DNA from: Hyalangium minutum | Lineage (GTDB): Bacteria > Myxococcota > Myxococcia > Myxococcales > Myxococcaceae | NCBI RefSeq assembly: GCF_000737315.1 | Contig: NZ_JMCB01000003.1 | Location: forward strand, 868,001 to 932,000 | Direction: 5' to 3' | Length of the DNA: 64,000 nucleotides | Part shown: in pieces, positions 34,973 to 44,516 of the stretch | Position numbering within the stretch: the stretch's first letter is position 1 | How the letters are laid out: each line of letters starts with the position of its first letter | Translations under genes and position numbers: made by a program | The notes under the pieces: model-generated | Database searches by the model: none | Seen by the model: the letters and a program-made list of their open reading frames with translations, nothing else | What the model was told of the DNA's origin: nothing

Positions 34973-37300
34973 ATGGACGGGACCCGAAGCAGGCATCTAT
35001 CGTCCTTGCCGAGCGCACAAGGGAGCATTCCGGTGAGACCAGCCAGTGTCCTGACCGCCAGCGAGCCTGAGTTCGAGTTCGCCGCAGGCCCCTTCACACA
35101 GGGAGAGCTCTCCGTCATCGAGTTCGAGGCCCGCGAGGGCCTGTCCACCCCGTACCGGGTGGAGCTCGTCTTCACCGCCGCATCCGACATGGTCGTCGAG
35201 GCCGCCGATCTGCTCGGCCAGCCCGCCGCCCTGGTGGTGCGCCAGGGGGACGACATCCGCTACCTGCACGGTCTCGTCTCCGAGCTGAGCCGATGGAACA
35301 TGGGAGGCGGGCCACAGCGCAACCGCTACCGCGCGGTGCTCGAGCCCCGGTTCCACCAGCTGCGCCATACCCGCCGCAGCCGAATCTTCCAGCAAAAGAG
35401 CATCCCCGAGATCATCCAGGCGGTGCTGGACGCGGGAAAGGTGAAGTACACCCTGGACCTCCAGGGCTCCTACTCGCCACGGGACTACTGCGTGCAGTAC
35501 CGCGAGTCCGACTTCGACTTCGTCTCGCGGCTGATGGAGGAGATGGGCATCTTCTATTTCTTCCGCCACGAACAGGGTGAGCACGAGCTGGTATTGGGGG
35601 ATTCCCCCAGTGTGCATACGCCCATCCTCGGCGAGCCGGCGCTGCCCTTCCGGGATCCGGCGGGCATGGCGGCGACGGAAGAGTGCGTCTACGACATGGC
35701 AGGGAAGCTGGAAGTGGTCCCCGGGGCAGTGGCGCTGCGGGACTTCGACTTCGTGCGGCCCTCGCTGGACATGACGGTGGACAGCCAGGACTCGAAGGGC
35801 GACACGGCGCTCGAGGTGTACGACTACCCGGGCAAATACGAGGATCCCGGCCCAGGTCAGGATGTGGCGAAGATCCGCCTGGAGGAGCTGCGGGCTCCCG
35901 GGCAGGTGGCGTGGGGCCAGTGCCAGAGCCGGCGGATGATGCCGGGACACAAGTTCGAGCTGACGGGCCACGCGGAGCCCGAGCTGAACCGCGAGTACCT
36001 GCTGCTATCGGTGATGCACGAGGGTTATCAACCTGAGGTGCTCCTCTTCGAGCAGTCGAACGGAAGGCTCACGGGGCGCAAGCCGTACCGCAGCACCTTC
36101 CAGTGCATGCCGTCCGAGGTCCCCTACCGCCCGCCTCGGCGGACATCGCGTCCGGTGATTCCCGGGCCGCAGACGGCGATCGTCGTGGGGCCCTCGGGCG
36201 AGGAGATCCACACCGACGAGCACGGCCGGGTGAAGGTGAAGTTCCACTGGGACCGCGAGGCGCCGGGCGACGACCGGAGCTCGTGCTGGATCCGCGTGAG
36301 TCAGGCGTGGGCGGGCCCGGGCTGGGGTGCGCTGTACCTGCCGCGCATCGGGCAGGAGGTGGTGGTGGACTTCCTGGAGGGCGATCCGGATCGGCCCCTC
36401 ATCACCGGGCGCGTGTACAACGGGCACAACCCTCCCCCCACGGATCTGCCCGGGAAGCGGACGCAGAGCACGCTGCGCTCGGACTCCAGCCCCTCCAGTG
36501 GCGGCTTCAATGAGCTGCGCTTCGAGGACGCGGCCGGTGAGGAGCAGATCTACCTCCATGCGCAGAAGGACATGGAGATCGGCATCGAGAACGACAAGAA
36601 CCAGTCGATCGGCGGGAACGAGTCGCTCACGGTGGCGAAGGATCGGCGCCGGGAGATCAGCGGCAACCAGTCGTTGAAGGTGCAGGGAAACGACGACTCG
36701 ACGGTGGGCGGCAACCAGACGGTGGAGGTGCGCTCGAACCGGACGACGACGGTGGCGGGCAACCACACGGAGACGGTGGGCGGCGCGCAGAACATCGAGG
36801 TGGGCGGGACTCACACGCTGTCGGTGGCGCTGGCCTCGGCGGAGACGATCGGCCTGGCCAAGGCGCTCAATGTGGGCGGGGCCTACGCCATCAGCGTGGG
36901 CGCGGCGATGAACGTGGCGGTGGCGGGGGTGAAGGCCGAGGAGGTGGGCGGCTCCAAGACCGAGCTGGTGGGCTCGCAGAAGACGGAGAAGATCGCCGGC
37001 TCGAAGACGCTCACGGTGGGCAAGGAGCTGACGGAGACGGTGGGCGAGTCGCGCACGCTCGAGGTGGGCAAGGACATGACGCTCACGGTGGGCGGCATGC
37101 TCCAGCAAGTGACGAAGAAGAACCACAAGCTGTCGGCCAAGGAGATCAGCCTGGTGGCCGAGGACACCTTCACCATCAAGGTGGGCTCGGCCTCGCTCAC
37201 GTTCAAGAAGAGCGGGGACATCGTCATCAAGGGCGCCAAGGTCGAGGTGACCGCCAGCGGCGACGTCATCATCAAGGGCAGCAAGATCGCCGACAACTGA
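34973..37300 (+). CDS. vgrG: VgrG (no effector extension)
   Basis: Full VgrG core ending in the short DUF2345-like tail IKGAKVEVTASGDVIIKGSKIADN; the start may be GTG near 35032. Confidence 0.95.
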   Translation: MDGTRSRHLSSLPSAQGSIPVRPASVLTASEPEFEFAAGPFTQGELSVIEFEAREGLSTPYRVELVFTAASDMVVEAADLLGQPAALVVRQGDDIRYLHGLVSELSRWNMGGGPQRNRYRAVLEPRFHQLRHTRRSRIFQQKSIPEIIQAVLDAGKVKYTLDLQGSYSPRDYCVQYRESDFDFVSRLMEEMGIFYFFRHEQGEHELVLGDSPSVHTPILGEPALPFRDPAGMAATEECVYDMAGKLEVVPGAVALRDFDFVRPSLDMTVDSQDSKGDTALEVYDYPGKYEDPGPGQDVAKIRLEELRAPGQVAWGQCQSRRMMPGHKFELTGHAEPELNREYLLLSVMHEGYQPEVLLFEQSNGRLTGRKPYRSTFQCMPSEVPYRPPRRTSRPVIPGPQTAIVVGPSGEEIHTDEHGRVKVKFHWDREAPGDDRSSCWIRVSQAWAGPGWGALYLPRIGQEVVVDFLEGDPDRPLITGRVYNGHNPPPTDLPGKRTQSTLRSDSSPSSGGFNELRFEDAAGEEQIYLHAQKDMEIGIENDKNQSIGGNESLTVAKDRRREISGNQSLKVQGNDDSTVGGNQTVEVRSNRTTTVAGNHTETVGGAQNIEVGGTHTLSVALASAETIGLAKALNVGGAYAISVGAAMNVAVAGVKAEEVGGSKTELVGSQKTEKIAGSKTLTVGKELTETVGESRTLEVGKDMTLTVGGMLQQVTKKNHKLSAKEISLVAEDTFTIKVGSASLTFKKSGDIVIKGAKVEVTASGDVIIKGSKIADN

Positions 37301-37318
37301 GCCTCGCGCCCCTGGGCG

Positions 37319-38689
37319 TCAGCGGTTCAGGAGCCGATCAAAGGAGCGGGAGAGGAGATCCGAGCGCAGGCCCGCGGCCTTCTGGGCCTGAGCCCGCTGC
37401 ACGTGCGTCCACGTGCGGGATTCAATCTGGCATGAGCCCTGACTGCGGATGGCCAGTTCCCATGCCAGCACGGAGCGGCGGCGCAGCGGCTCACCCTCCA
37501 GCGCGGCGCGGAGGAGGTCGGCCGAGAGGGGCTGGCCCCGGAGGTAGCGGCCCGAGGGCTCGAAGCGCCTGCGGGCCTCGCCCCACCAGCGATCCACCCG
37601 GTCCACGCGGACCTTGCCCGGGAGCACCTCGGGCCCGGGGAGCAGCTCCGCCACCGGGGCCTTGGGCGCCTCTTGCTCCTCTTCCTCCAGGAGCTCCTCT
37701 TCGAAGTCCTCCTCCCCCTCCTCTTCCTCCTCGATGAAGGGCGCCGCGAGCGGCAGGCCGGTGATGGCCGCGAAGGACTCGGCAGCGAGCCGATCGCCCA
37801 CCGCCTGAAGGTTCTCGAAGGCCAGCTCCGCCGCCGTGAGCCGCCCGCTGAAACCGAGCGCCCAGAGCGCCTCGTCACGCAACGCCGGATCCTTCAACGC
37901 GGCCCCAAGCGCCTCCAGGTCCGCCGCCTCCCCGCCCAGCGCCAGTGCGAGCAAGGCAATCCGAGGCACCTCCCCGCCCGCCTCCAGCAGCTTGCGGCAC
38001 CGCGTCCAGGCCTGACGGCTGCCCAGCACGAGCCCCGCCTCCAGCGCCGCGTCGCGCACCAGGGGCTCGCTGTCCCCGAGTCCCAAGCGGACCAGCTCTT
38101 CGCCAAGTGGCCGGGAGACAAAGCGGGCGTTGCGGACCGCCTCCACGCGCAGGGAGACGTCCTCGCCCAGCTTCACTTTCCCCAAGGCCTCGCTGGCATC
38201 CGCCTGACGGAAGCGCAGGGCAGCGAGCACCCCGGCCTGCTCATTGGGCGGAAGGGTGGGAACCAGCGCCAACAGGGCTGGGGTGAGCTCCTCGCGCGGG
38301 CTCAGCTCCACACCGCGCCGGATGCCGGAGATGAGTTCCTCAGCGCCCTCGGCGAGCCACTCAAGCACCGTCTTCTGCCAGTCCACGTCCTCACCGCCGA
38401 GCAGCGCCAGGGACGCCACGCTGATGGCGCTCACCTCCTCACCCTGGATGGCGGGAATCAAGAGCCGCTCGGCCACCGGCCGGCCGCCGAGCACGAGCGC
38501 GTCGATGTGGGCCAGCAGGCGCTGCTCCTCGCGCTGAGCGAGCTCGCCCAGCACGTAGTCCGGCGCCCACAGCGCGTGCTCCCATTGAGCCCAGAGGAAG
38601 GTGGCCTCTTCGAGGTGGACTTCCAGCACGTGCCAGGGCACGGGAGGACGGCGGTACGCGGGGGGTGATGGAGGCTTCGCCACGGTCAC
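37319..38689 (-). CDS. TIGR02270-family T6SS-associated protein
   Basis: HLEEATFLW...EQRLLAHIDAL, helical repeats, ALWALGFSG and GRYLRGQP. Confidence 0.8.
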   Translation of the reverse strand: MTVAKPPSPPAYRRPPVPWHVLEVHLEEATFLWAQWEHALWAPDYVLGELAQREEQRLLAHIDALVLGGRPVAERLLIPAIQGEEVSAISVASLALLGGEDVDWQKTVLEWLAEGAEELISGIRRGVELSPREELTPALLALVPTLPPNEQAGVLAALRFRQADASEALGKVKLGEDVSLRVEAVRNARFVSRPLGEELVRLGLGDSEPLVRDAALEAGLVLGSRQAWTRCRKLLEAGGEVPRIALLALALGGEAADLEALGAALKDPALRDEALWALGFSGRLTAAELAFENLQAVGDRLAAESFAAITGLPLAAPFIEEEEEGEEDFEEELLEEEEQEAPKAPVAELLPGPEVLPGKVRVDRVDRWWGEARRRFEPSGRYLRGQPLSADLLRAALEGEPLRRRSVLAWELAIRSQGSCQIESRTWTHVQRAQAQKAAGLRSDLLSRSFDRLLNR

Positions 38690-38744
38690 GGCATCCTAGC
38701 TGCAACCCACGTGCTCCCCTATGCTCACGAGCGTGGACCGGCAC
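38686..38744 (+). repeat. 59-bp imperfect direct repeat, copy 1
   Basis: 52 of 59 bases match 39974-40032; shared core GCTCCCCTATGCTCACGnGCGTGGACCGGCAC. Confidence 0.92.
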
Positions 38745-38762
38745 AGAGGAGGGTGTACTGCA

Positions 38763-39153
38763 ATGCGAACCGCGTCCCTCGCACAGGAGGTGCTGGCCAC
38801 GAGCCTTGCGCTCATGCTCGTACCTGGGGCCGTGGCGCATCCACAAGGGACGGTGGTGTGAATCGTCCTGTTTGAAACTTGCGGATATGTGCAATCGGGG
38901 AATGGGCGAGTGGGCTGCGGAGTATGCTGCGGAGTTTGACGCAATCGATCCTGCGGTTGATTGGATAAAGAATCACCGCGAAGAGATTCTCGTGGGCACC
39001 GTCATCGTCATCGCAGGAGTCGCCTTCACTGCGGCGGTTGCCGCATCTGCCGGAGGTGCTCTCATCTTGGTGCCGCTGGTGCTGCTAGCGGAGGACTCCT
39101 CTGGGACAGTCCCGTCTGCGCGGCTCGCAAGGACGTCCCATGAAGATTTTTGA
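38763..39153 (+). pseudogene. Decayed exported toxin-like gene
   Basis: GAGGAG RBS and signal-peptide-like MRTASLAQEVLATSLALMLVPGAVAHPQGTVV* (stop 38861); a Cys-rich region and hydrophobic C-terminus continue in another frame to 39153. Confidence 0.55.
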
Positions 39154-39952
39154 ACCTCTTTCAAACGCATCGCTTTTTGCTGGAAAGCGATGGCGTTCAG
39201 CCATGTCCGCCGGCCGGGAGGAAGAAAGCGAACTCTGGCGCTATTTGAGAGAGCAATTCTCCTTCATCTCTGAGTTGGGGCAGGCTTACCAGTTCGAAGA
39301 CTATCTTCAGGGGATTCCATCCACGCCACCACCCTACGTGAGCGCCGCTCTGGACTCACGCCAAGAGGCAGCCTCGCGACAGGCCATGGCTCTCGCTCGC
39401 AAAGCTTTGGAGGAGGCACCCGGCCCGGACCAAGCGAAGCATGCACTCATCCTCATCAACCTCCTGAATTTCCTCGCAGACACCGGACAGACCGCTGACT
39501 TCGAGGACTTCTTCACCCACCGCCTCGACTATGCGCCGCTCGCCATGGCCTCCTTCGCGACACGCGAGGAGGCGGAAATCTGGCTGAAGGGTTTGGCAGA
39601 ACCTCCCAGCCCGGCCCGCATCCTTATTGGAGATGAGTATTACTTGGCTTGGTATTCCCGCGAGGACGGCTCTCGAGGTGTGTCTCGTGATTTTACGATA
39701 GAGCCATATATTGAAGAACTCACGGCACGTGGGATTCCTCCCAACACTCCTTCATTCAAGACACGTGAAGAAGCCGAGGCGTGGCTGGTCCACCACCCCG
39801 CCTCTCCCTTCTCCTTCCTCGCCATCGCCGGAGAGCACTACTTCGCGGTGCACCACAAGCGGCTGAAGCGGCATACCCTTCACCCGGTGGCGCGCAGCCT
39901 GGAGGAGTGGGAAGAAGAGAAAAAGACCGCCGCGCGTCAGTCCGCCCAGTGA
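39140..39952 (+). CDS. Myxobacterial immunity-like protein with duplicated FxTREEAExWL module
   Basis: FATREEAEIWL..PPSPARILIGDEYY and FKTREEAEAWL..HP..FLAIAGEHY; overlaps the remnant's stop. Confidence 0.7.
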   Translation: MKIFEPLSNASLFAGKRWRSAMSAGREEESELWRYLREQFSFISELGQAYQFEDYLQGIPSTPPPYVSAALDSRQEAASRQAMALARKALEEAPGPDQAKHALILINLLNFLADTGQTADFEDFFTHRLDYAPLAMASFATREEAEIWLKGLAEPPSPARILIGDEYYLAWYSREDGSRGVSRDFTIEPYIEELTARGIPPNTPSFKTREEAEAWLVHHPASPFSFLAIAGEHYFAVHHKRLKRHTLHPVARSLEEWEEEKKTAARQSAQ

Positions 39953-39973
39953 GAGACGACGCAGGAAGGATAA

Positions 39974-40032
39974 TCACGGCACCCTGGCTGGAACCTGCGG
40001 GCTCCCCTATGCTCACGCGCGTGGACCGGCAC
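39974..40032 (+). repeat. 59-bp imperfect direct repeat, copy 2
   Basis: Partner of 38686-38744; ends 2 bp before the KAS-like gene. Confidence 0.92.
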
Positions 40033-40034
40033 GT

Positions 40035-41171
40035 ATGATGGGATGGGTGAAGACCATAGGGCTGGCGTCCTCGCTGGGCCCGTTGATCCCGGCGTGCGCG
40101 GCGTTCCGCGCGGGCGTCTCCCGGCCCTCCGCAGCTCCGGACGCCGAGGTCTTCTTCCAGGGCGACGAGGAGCCCGCCACCGTGGCCGTCCATGTGCTCC
40201 CAGCCGCCACGTTTGGCTTCTCCGGAGTGGGCCGGCTGATCGCCCTGCTCACCGAGGCACTCGCGGACCTCGCGACGCGGGCGGACCTGAGCGCGCTGGA
40301 TGCACAGGCGGGGCTCTACGTCGCGCTGCCTGATCCCGAAGCGCGCGGCTTCACCCCCAGCAAGGAGCCCGAGGACGAGAACGCGGACACCGTCGAGGAG
40401 CGCGTGGCAGCGCTCGGAGCGCGCGTGGTGGAGGGAACCTTCGCGGCGCTGCGACACCCATGGCGAGGCCCTCCCGCGCGCCTCTTCCACGGAGGCAACG
40501 CGGCGTTCGGCATGGCCCTGGCGGCCGCGGCAGAGGATCTGAAGAACCGCCGGGTGAGCACCGCCCTGGTGTGCGCCGTGGACAGCCTGGCCTCACCCGA
40601 GACCGTGCGCTTCCTCAACGACGAAGGGCTGCTCAAGACCGAGGACCACCCCACGGGCCTCATCCCCGGCGAGGCCGCCGTGGCCCTCCTCTTGAGCCCC
40701 ACCTCCGCGGCCCGAGCAGAGGCCCAGGGCACGCCGGTCTTCCTCCGAAGCGTGGCGCTGGACACGGATCCGCACCCGGTCGGGGCGGATCGTCCCACCG
40801 ATGCTCAGCCGCTCGCGGGCTGCCTCCTCACCGCGCTGGGGCCTCTCTCGCCCCAGGCCCGCGTGCCCCTGCTCATCTCCGACCACGACGGCCAGCACTG
40901 GCGCGCGTACGAGTGGGGCTTGCTCCAACTCCAGCTCGCCAGCCGCGAGCGCTCCCTGACGGATGCTCCCGCGTGGCTGCCCGCCCTGAGCTTTGGCCAC
41001 ACGGGAGTGGCCTCGGGAGGGCTCGGCGCCGCCGTGGCCTTCCGGGCCTTCCAGCGAGGCTACGCCCCTGCTCCTTCTATTCTCGTGCTCTCGTCCTCGG
41101 ACACGGGCGAGCGCGCAGCCCTCCACTTCTCCTCCGAGGAGCCCTCGGCTCCCGGCCGTTCACGGCGGTAA
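40035..41171 (+). CDS. Ketoacyl-synthase-like T6SS effector adaptor (PRK06147-type)
   Basis: ALVCAVDSL, GLIPGEAAVALLL, SDHDGQHWRAYEWG and SFGHTGVASG; context with DUF2169, DUF4150 and TIGR02270. Confidence 0.8.
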   Translation: MMGWVKTIGLASSLGPLIPACAAFRAGVSRPSAAPDAEVFFQGDEEPATVAVHVLPAATFGFSGVGRLIALLTEALADLATRADLSALDAQAGLYVALPDPEARGFTPSKEPEDENADTVEERVAALGARVVEGTFAALRHPWRGPPARLFHGGNAAFGMALAAAAEDLKNRRVSTALVCAVDSLASPETVRFLNDEGLLKTEDHPTGLIPGEAAVALLLSPTSAARAEAQGTPVFLRSVALDTDPHPVGADRPTDAQPLAGCLLTALGPLSPQARVPLLISDHDGQHWRAYEWGLLQLQLASRERSLTDAPAWLPALSFGHTGVASGGLGAAVAFRAFQRGYAPAPSILVLSSSDTGERAALHFSSEEPSAPGRSRR

Positions 41172-41176
41172 TCCCC

Positions 41177-42031
41177 ATGCCTCCAGATGTCGTCGAGAAC
41201 ACCGCGTACTCCCAGAAGATCCACGACAGCTATCACGCGAGCCTGGATCGGAAGTACGCGGCCGATAAGGCCAAGAAGAAGAAGGCGAAGGCCAAGGCGA
41301 AGGCCAAGGGCCTGCCGCACGCGAGCACGGACGATCCGCTCAAGGGCGTGCTGGGCAAGGGCGACAAGTACGCCCAGCGGGCGCACGACTACCTGCTGAC
41401 GAACGGCGGGCGGAACAAGGTGTACCAGGACCTCTCGCACCACCACGTGAAGCGCATCAACCGGAAGAAGCTGGAGCACTTCAAGTTCCCGGGCGGCCCG
41501 GTGGAGAACTTCAACCCCTCGGCCAAGTACAAGGGCAAGAAGGCCGGACAGCGCTTCCCCTATGTCTGGGAGGCCCACCACATGCTGCCGGGCTCGGCCT
41601 TCTACTTCGAGCTCAACGGCACACTCTGCTTCACAGCGGCGCAGCGCCAGATCATCCTCAAGTCCGACTACAACATCAACCACGGGCACAACATGATCGA
41701 CTTGCCGGATCAGGCCTGGGCTGTTCCTGTCCACCGGTTGATCCAGCACCCGGGAGACCATCCGGAATACACCGCCCGGGTGATGAAGGCCCTCAGCAAG
41801 CTCTCCAAGAAGCTTCAGGAGCTGGCCGACAAAGGGGCGAAGCATGAAAAGCTCAAAGAGAAGGTGTTCGAGCAGCTCCAAGACCTGGAGAACCAGTGCT
41901 GGGAGTTCCTCATCGCGCTAGGACGCAGGAGCGTGAATGCGGTGCTGGCCGGCAAGGTGCTCGTGGACGTGAACGTCCGCTACGAAACCAAGGACGGCAA
42001 GACCAAGTTCAAGTGGGGCGCGCTGTACTGA
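41177..42031 (+). CDS. AHH-domain (HNH-like) nuclease toxin
   Basis: WEAHHMLP, YNINHGHNMIDLP and HPGDHPEYTARV; followed by Imm11. Confidence 0.85.
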   Translation: MPPDVVENTAYSQKIHDSYHASLDRKYAADKAKKKKAKAKAKAKGLPHASTDDPLKGVLGKGDKYAQRAHDYLLTNGGRNKVYQDLSHHHVKRINRKKLEHFKFPGGPVENFNPSAKYKGKKAGQRFPYVWEAHHMLPGSAFYFELNGTLCFTAAQRQIILKSDYNINHGHNMIDLPDQAWAVPVHRLIQHPGDHPEYTARVMKALSKLSKKLQELADKGAKHEKLKEKVFEQLQDLENQCWEFLIALGRRSVNAVLAGKVLVDVNVRYETKDGKTKFKWGALY

Positions 42032-42053
42032 CTGATCGGGAGCAGGTGGGCAC

Positions 42054-42677
42054 ATGGCCTATTGGATCCTCAAGGTTCCGAACCAAGGGGCGGTTCTCGG
42101 GGGCTTCCCCCGCAGCAAGATCAAGGCGTGGCGCTATGGGAAGGGCGAGCGGCTGGCCAAGGAGTTCCCCAAGAACGCGGCCGTCCAGTTTGCGGACAAG
42201 TTCAAGAGCCGGCGCGAGCTCTTCGACTTCGTCTTCAACTTCGACGACGCGCTCTACGTCTCCAGCAAGGTGCGCGCCATCCTGGAGCAACTGGAGACGC
42301 CCGAGCTCGAGTTCCTGCCTGTCTCCATCAAGGACCACAAGGGCGCGGTGGCCGCGAAGGACTACTTCATCCTCAACCCTGTCGGCACCCAGGACATCAT
42401 CGACATGAAGAAGTCGGATGTCGTCATGGACTCGCTGATCGAAGGCGAGATCTCCCGGATCAAGAAGCTGGTGCTTCAGCCCAAGGCCGTCGACAAGGGG
42501 GCTCACCTCTTCCGCGCGACGAACATGCCCGATCTGATCGTGATCGACGACAAGGTCCGCACCGCCTTCGAGAAGCAAGGCGTGACGAACTACCAGCTCT
42601 TCAAGGCCGAGGGTTGGGATGGCCTGGAGCTGGGAGGCGCGGAGTTCGATGACCCCGACGGCGGCATCACCTTCTGA
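42054..42677 (+). CDS. Imm11-family (DUF1629-like) immunity protein
   Basis: LYVSSKVRAILE...EFLPVSI...YFILNPV...HLFR...IVIDDKVRTAFE. Confidence 0.82.
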   Translation: MAYWILKVPNQGAVLGGFPRSKIKAWRYGKGERLAKEFPKNAAVQFADKFKSRRELFDFVFNFDDALYVSSKVRAILEQLETPELEFLPVSIKDHKGAVAAKDYFILNPVGTQDIIDMKKSDVVMDSLIEGEISRIKKLVLQPKAVDKGAHLFRATNMPDLIVIDDKVRTAFEKQGVTNYQLFKAEGWDGLELGGAEFDDPDGGITF

Positions 42678-42695
42678 CCGGGCGGACCCAGGCGC

Positions 42696-43118
42696 CTACC
42701 CCTTCTTGCGCTTCGTGGCCGCCTTCCGGGGCTTGGCTGCCTTCTTCCGGGCCGGGCTCGCCTTGCGCTTCGGTGTGGGAGGCTCGGGGTCTTCTTCCAG
42801 CCAGCGGATGAACCGCTTGACGTTCACGAGCGCCAGCACGGGCCGGTCCTTCCCATCGAGGAAGCGGATGGCGTCCCGCCCTCCCGAGAGTCCCACCTGC
42901 ATGCAGTAGATGGGCATCTCCGAGGCCGTCTTCAGATCCTTCACCTGGGCATCCAGGATCTGGGGGTGGAGCTGAAGCACTTCGTCCAGGACGCCATCGA
43001 GCGGGAGCAACACGCCCTGCTCTCCCTTCCGAGCGGACAGGAAGCAGGGCGTCTTCTCTCGGAGCACCCGCGCGACGATGTCCGCAGGCTTCTCCTTCAA
43101 GCAGTTGGCTTCGAACAT
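42696..43118 (-). CDS. Hypothetical protein with basic K/A-rich tail
   Basis: 140-aa ORF filling the gap between Imm11 and Imm49; GGGGAG RBS-like sequence upstream. Confidence 0.55.
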   Translation of the reverse strand: MFEANCLKEKPADIVARVLREKTPCFLSARKGEQGVLLPLDGVLDEVLQLHPQILDAQVKDLKTASEMPIYCMQVGLSGGRDAIRFLDGKDRPVLALVNVKRFIRWLEEDPEPPTPKRKASPARKKAAKPRKAATKRKKG

Positions 43119-43151
43119 GGGTAGGCTCCCCCTTCAGGCCCTGGAGCATAC

Positions 43152-43955
43152 ATGCCGAACATGAAATCCCTCCGCGCCGATGCGGCCATGAAGCTCGAAG
43201 GGCTCATGGACGACTTCCGGCCCGGCGCGGATCGCGACACGCTGCTGGCCCAGGTCAACGACATCCTCCTGAGCCTCCACACCATCGCCGTGGCCACGCT
43301 GCTGGTGGATGGCAACCCCCAGGGCTTCTTCCTCAACCTGTGCCGCGCCGCCGAGAACGGCCGCCGACTCCTGGAGCTGCTCCAGGCCCGTCAGCTCACC
43401 CCTCCTCCCGCTTCGTGGAACATGCCCCTGCTGGCCGCGCTCGCCGCTGGGAACTTCCCCCAGGCGGACGCCATCGCCGCGGCCTCCACCTCTACCTGGC
43501 TGCACGCGGAGGTGCGTGAGTACGAGGACGAGTTCCTCTGGGCCGTCATCCTCCAGCAGCTCGCGCACCACAAGCCGCCTCCGGCCTCGCGGGTGGAGCC
43601 GCTGATCGCCCGCTTGGAGAAGCTCAACAAGAAGGAGTACGGCAGCCGCTGTGCCCTGGCGCGGGCGCTGCTCACCCAGTCCTCGTCCGGCTTCGCGAAG
43701 GCCTTCGAGGCCGCTCGGCTCGACTACGAAGTCCGGATCGAGAAGGAGGCCCAGGAGTTCGGCACGCCTGTCACCGCGTTCGCCCCGCACCGCTTCCTCT
43801 GGCTGGAGGGGCTGGCGCTGCTGCGGCTGGCGGAGCGGGCGGGCATTCCGCTCGAAGGCGCGGATCTGAAGTACTGCCCTCCCCTCGCCCGCGTCCCCAT
43901 GGCGGCGAAGTACGCGGATGACTGGGCCATCCCGGCGCGCACCGCCAGCAAGTGA
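43152..43955 (+). CDS. Imm49-family immunity protein
   Basis: Helical protein with PLLAALAAG, EYEDEFLW and FLWLEGLALLRLAERAGI...YCPPL. Confidence 0.75.
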   Translation: MPNMKSLRADAAMKLEGLMDDFRPGADRDTLLAQVNDILLSLHTIAVATLLVDGNPQGFFLNLCRAAENGRRLLELLQARQLTPPPASWNMPLLAALAAGNFPQADAIAAASTSTWLHAEVREYEDEFLWAVILQQLAHHKPPPASRVEPLIARLEKLNKKEYGSRCALARALLTQSSSGFAKAFEAARLDYEVRIEKEAQEFGTPVTAFAPHRFLWLEGLALLRLAERAGIPLEGADLKYCPPLARVPMAAKYADDWAIPARTASK

Positions 43956-43976
43956 ACCCGCGTCGCACGGGATGCG

Positions 43977-44486
43977 TCAGTTGATCTGAACCTTGCCGCC
44001 CTTGATGCGCTGCAGCCCGGAGGCGGCCGTGAGGATCTCCGCGCCCTTCAGCACGATCTTCCCGTCCCGGCGCAGGGTGATGCTGGCCTTGCCGCACTCG
44101 AGGACGACCTCCTGCTGGCCGCGGATCACCACCCGCTCACCGTCCACGAGCGCCTCCTCGGGCATCGAGGCCGCGGGCTCCGCGAGCACCGCATCCGTGA
44201 GCGGCGTGGCGCTCGGCGTGGCTAAAAGGGTGACGAGGATGGGCAGCCCAGGATCGCCGTTCTCGAAGAAGAGGAGTGCCTGCTGGTGCTGCTCGGCGGC
44301 GCGCACCAGGACGTCCGAGGGAATCGACGCGGACACCCGAGCGGCGAGCGGGCCTCGCGTGTTGCCCGGGTAATCCACCCGGGGCGAGCCGTCCTTCGTG
44401 ACGCCCACGACCGAGCCAACCCGAGGCTCGCGGATGAGCTCCTCGAGGGCCTGTCCACTCTTGTGTCCGGCCTCACGCTTCTTCAT
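43977..44486 (-). CDS. DUF6484-family protein (VgrG-tip-like C-terminus)
   Basis: ALLFFENGDPGLPIL...VDGERVVIRGQQEVVLECGKASITLRRDGKIVLKG..IKGGKVQIN. Confidence 0.8.
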   Translation of the reverse strand: MKKREAGHKSGQALEELIREPRVGSVVGVTKDGSPRVDYPGNTRGPLAARVSASIPSDVLVRAAEQHQQALLFFENGDPGLPILVTLLATPSATPLTDAVLAEPAASMPEEALVDGERVVIRGQQEVVLECGKASITLRRDGKIVLKGAEILTAASGLQRIKGGKVQIN

Positions 44487-44516
44487 GCCCGTGCCTTCCC
44501 GGCCCTCGCACTGGGG

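Noticed and set aside
37670-37740. Poly-Glu low-complexity stretch in TIGR02270
   Set aside because: In-frame acidic linker; no evidence of a slippage or phase-variation tract.
40035-41171. Possible PKS/fatty-acid synthase gene
   Set aside because: No ACP, AT or other biosynthetic genes nearby; the context fits the T6SS adaptor class.
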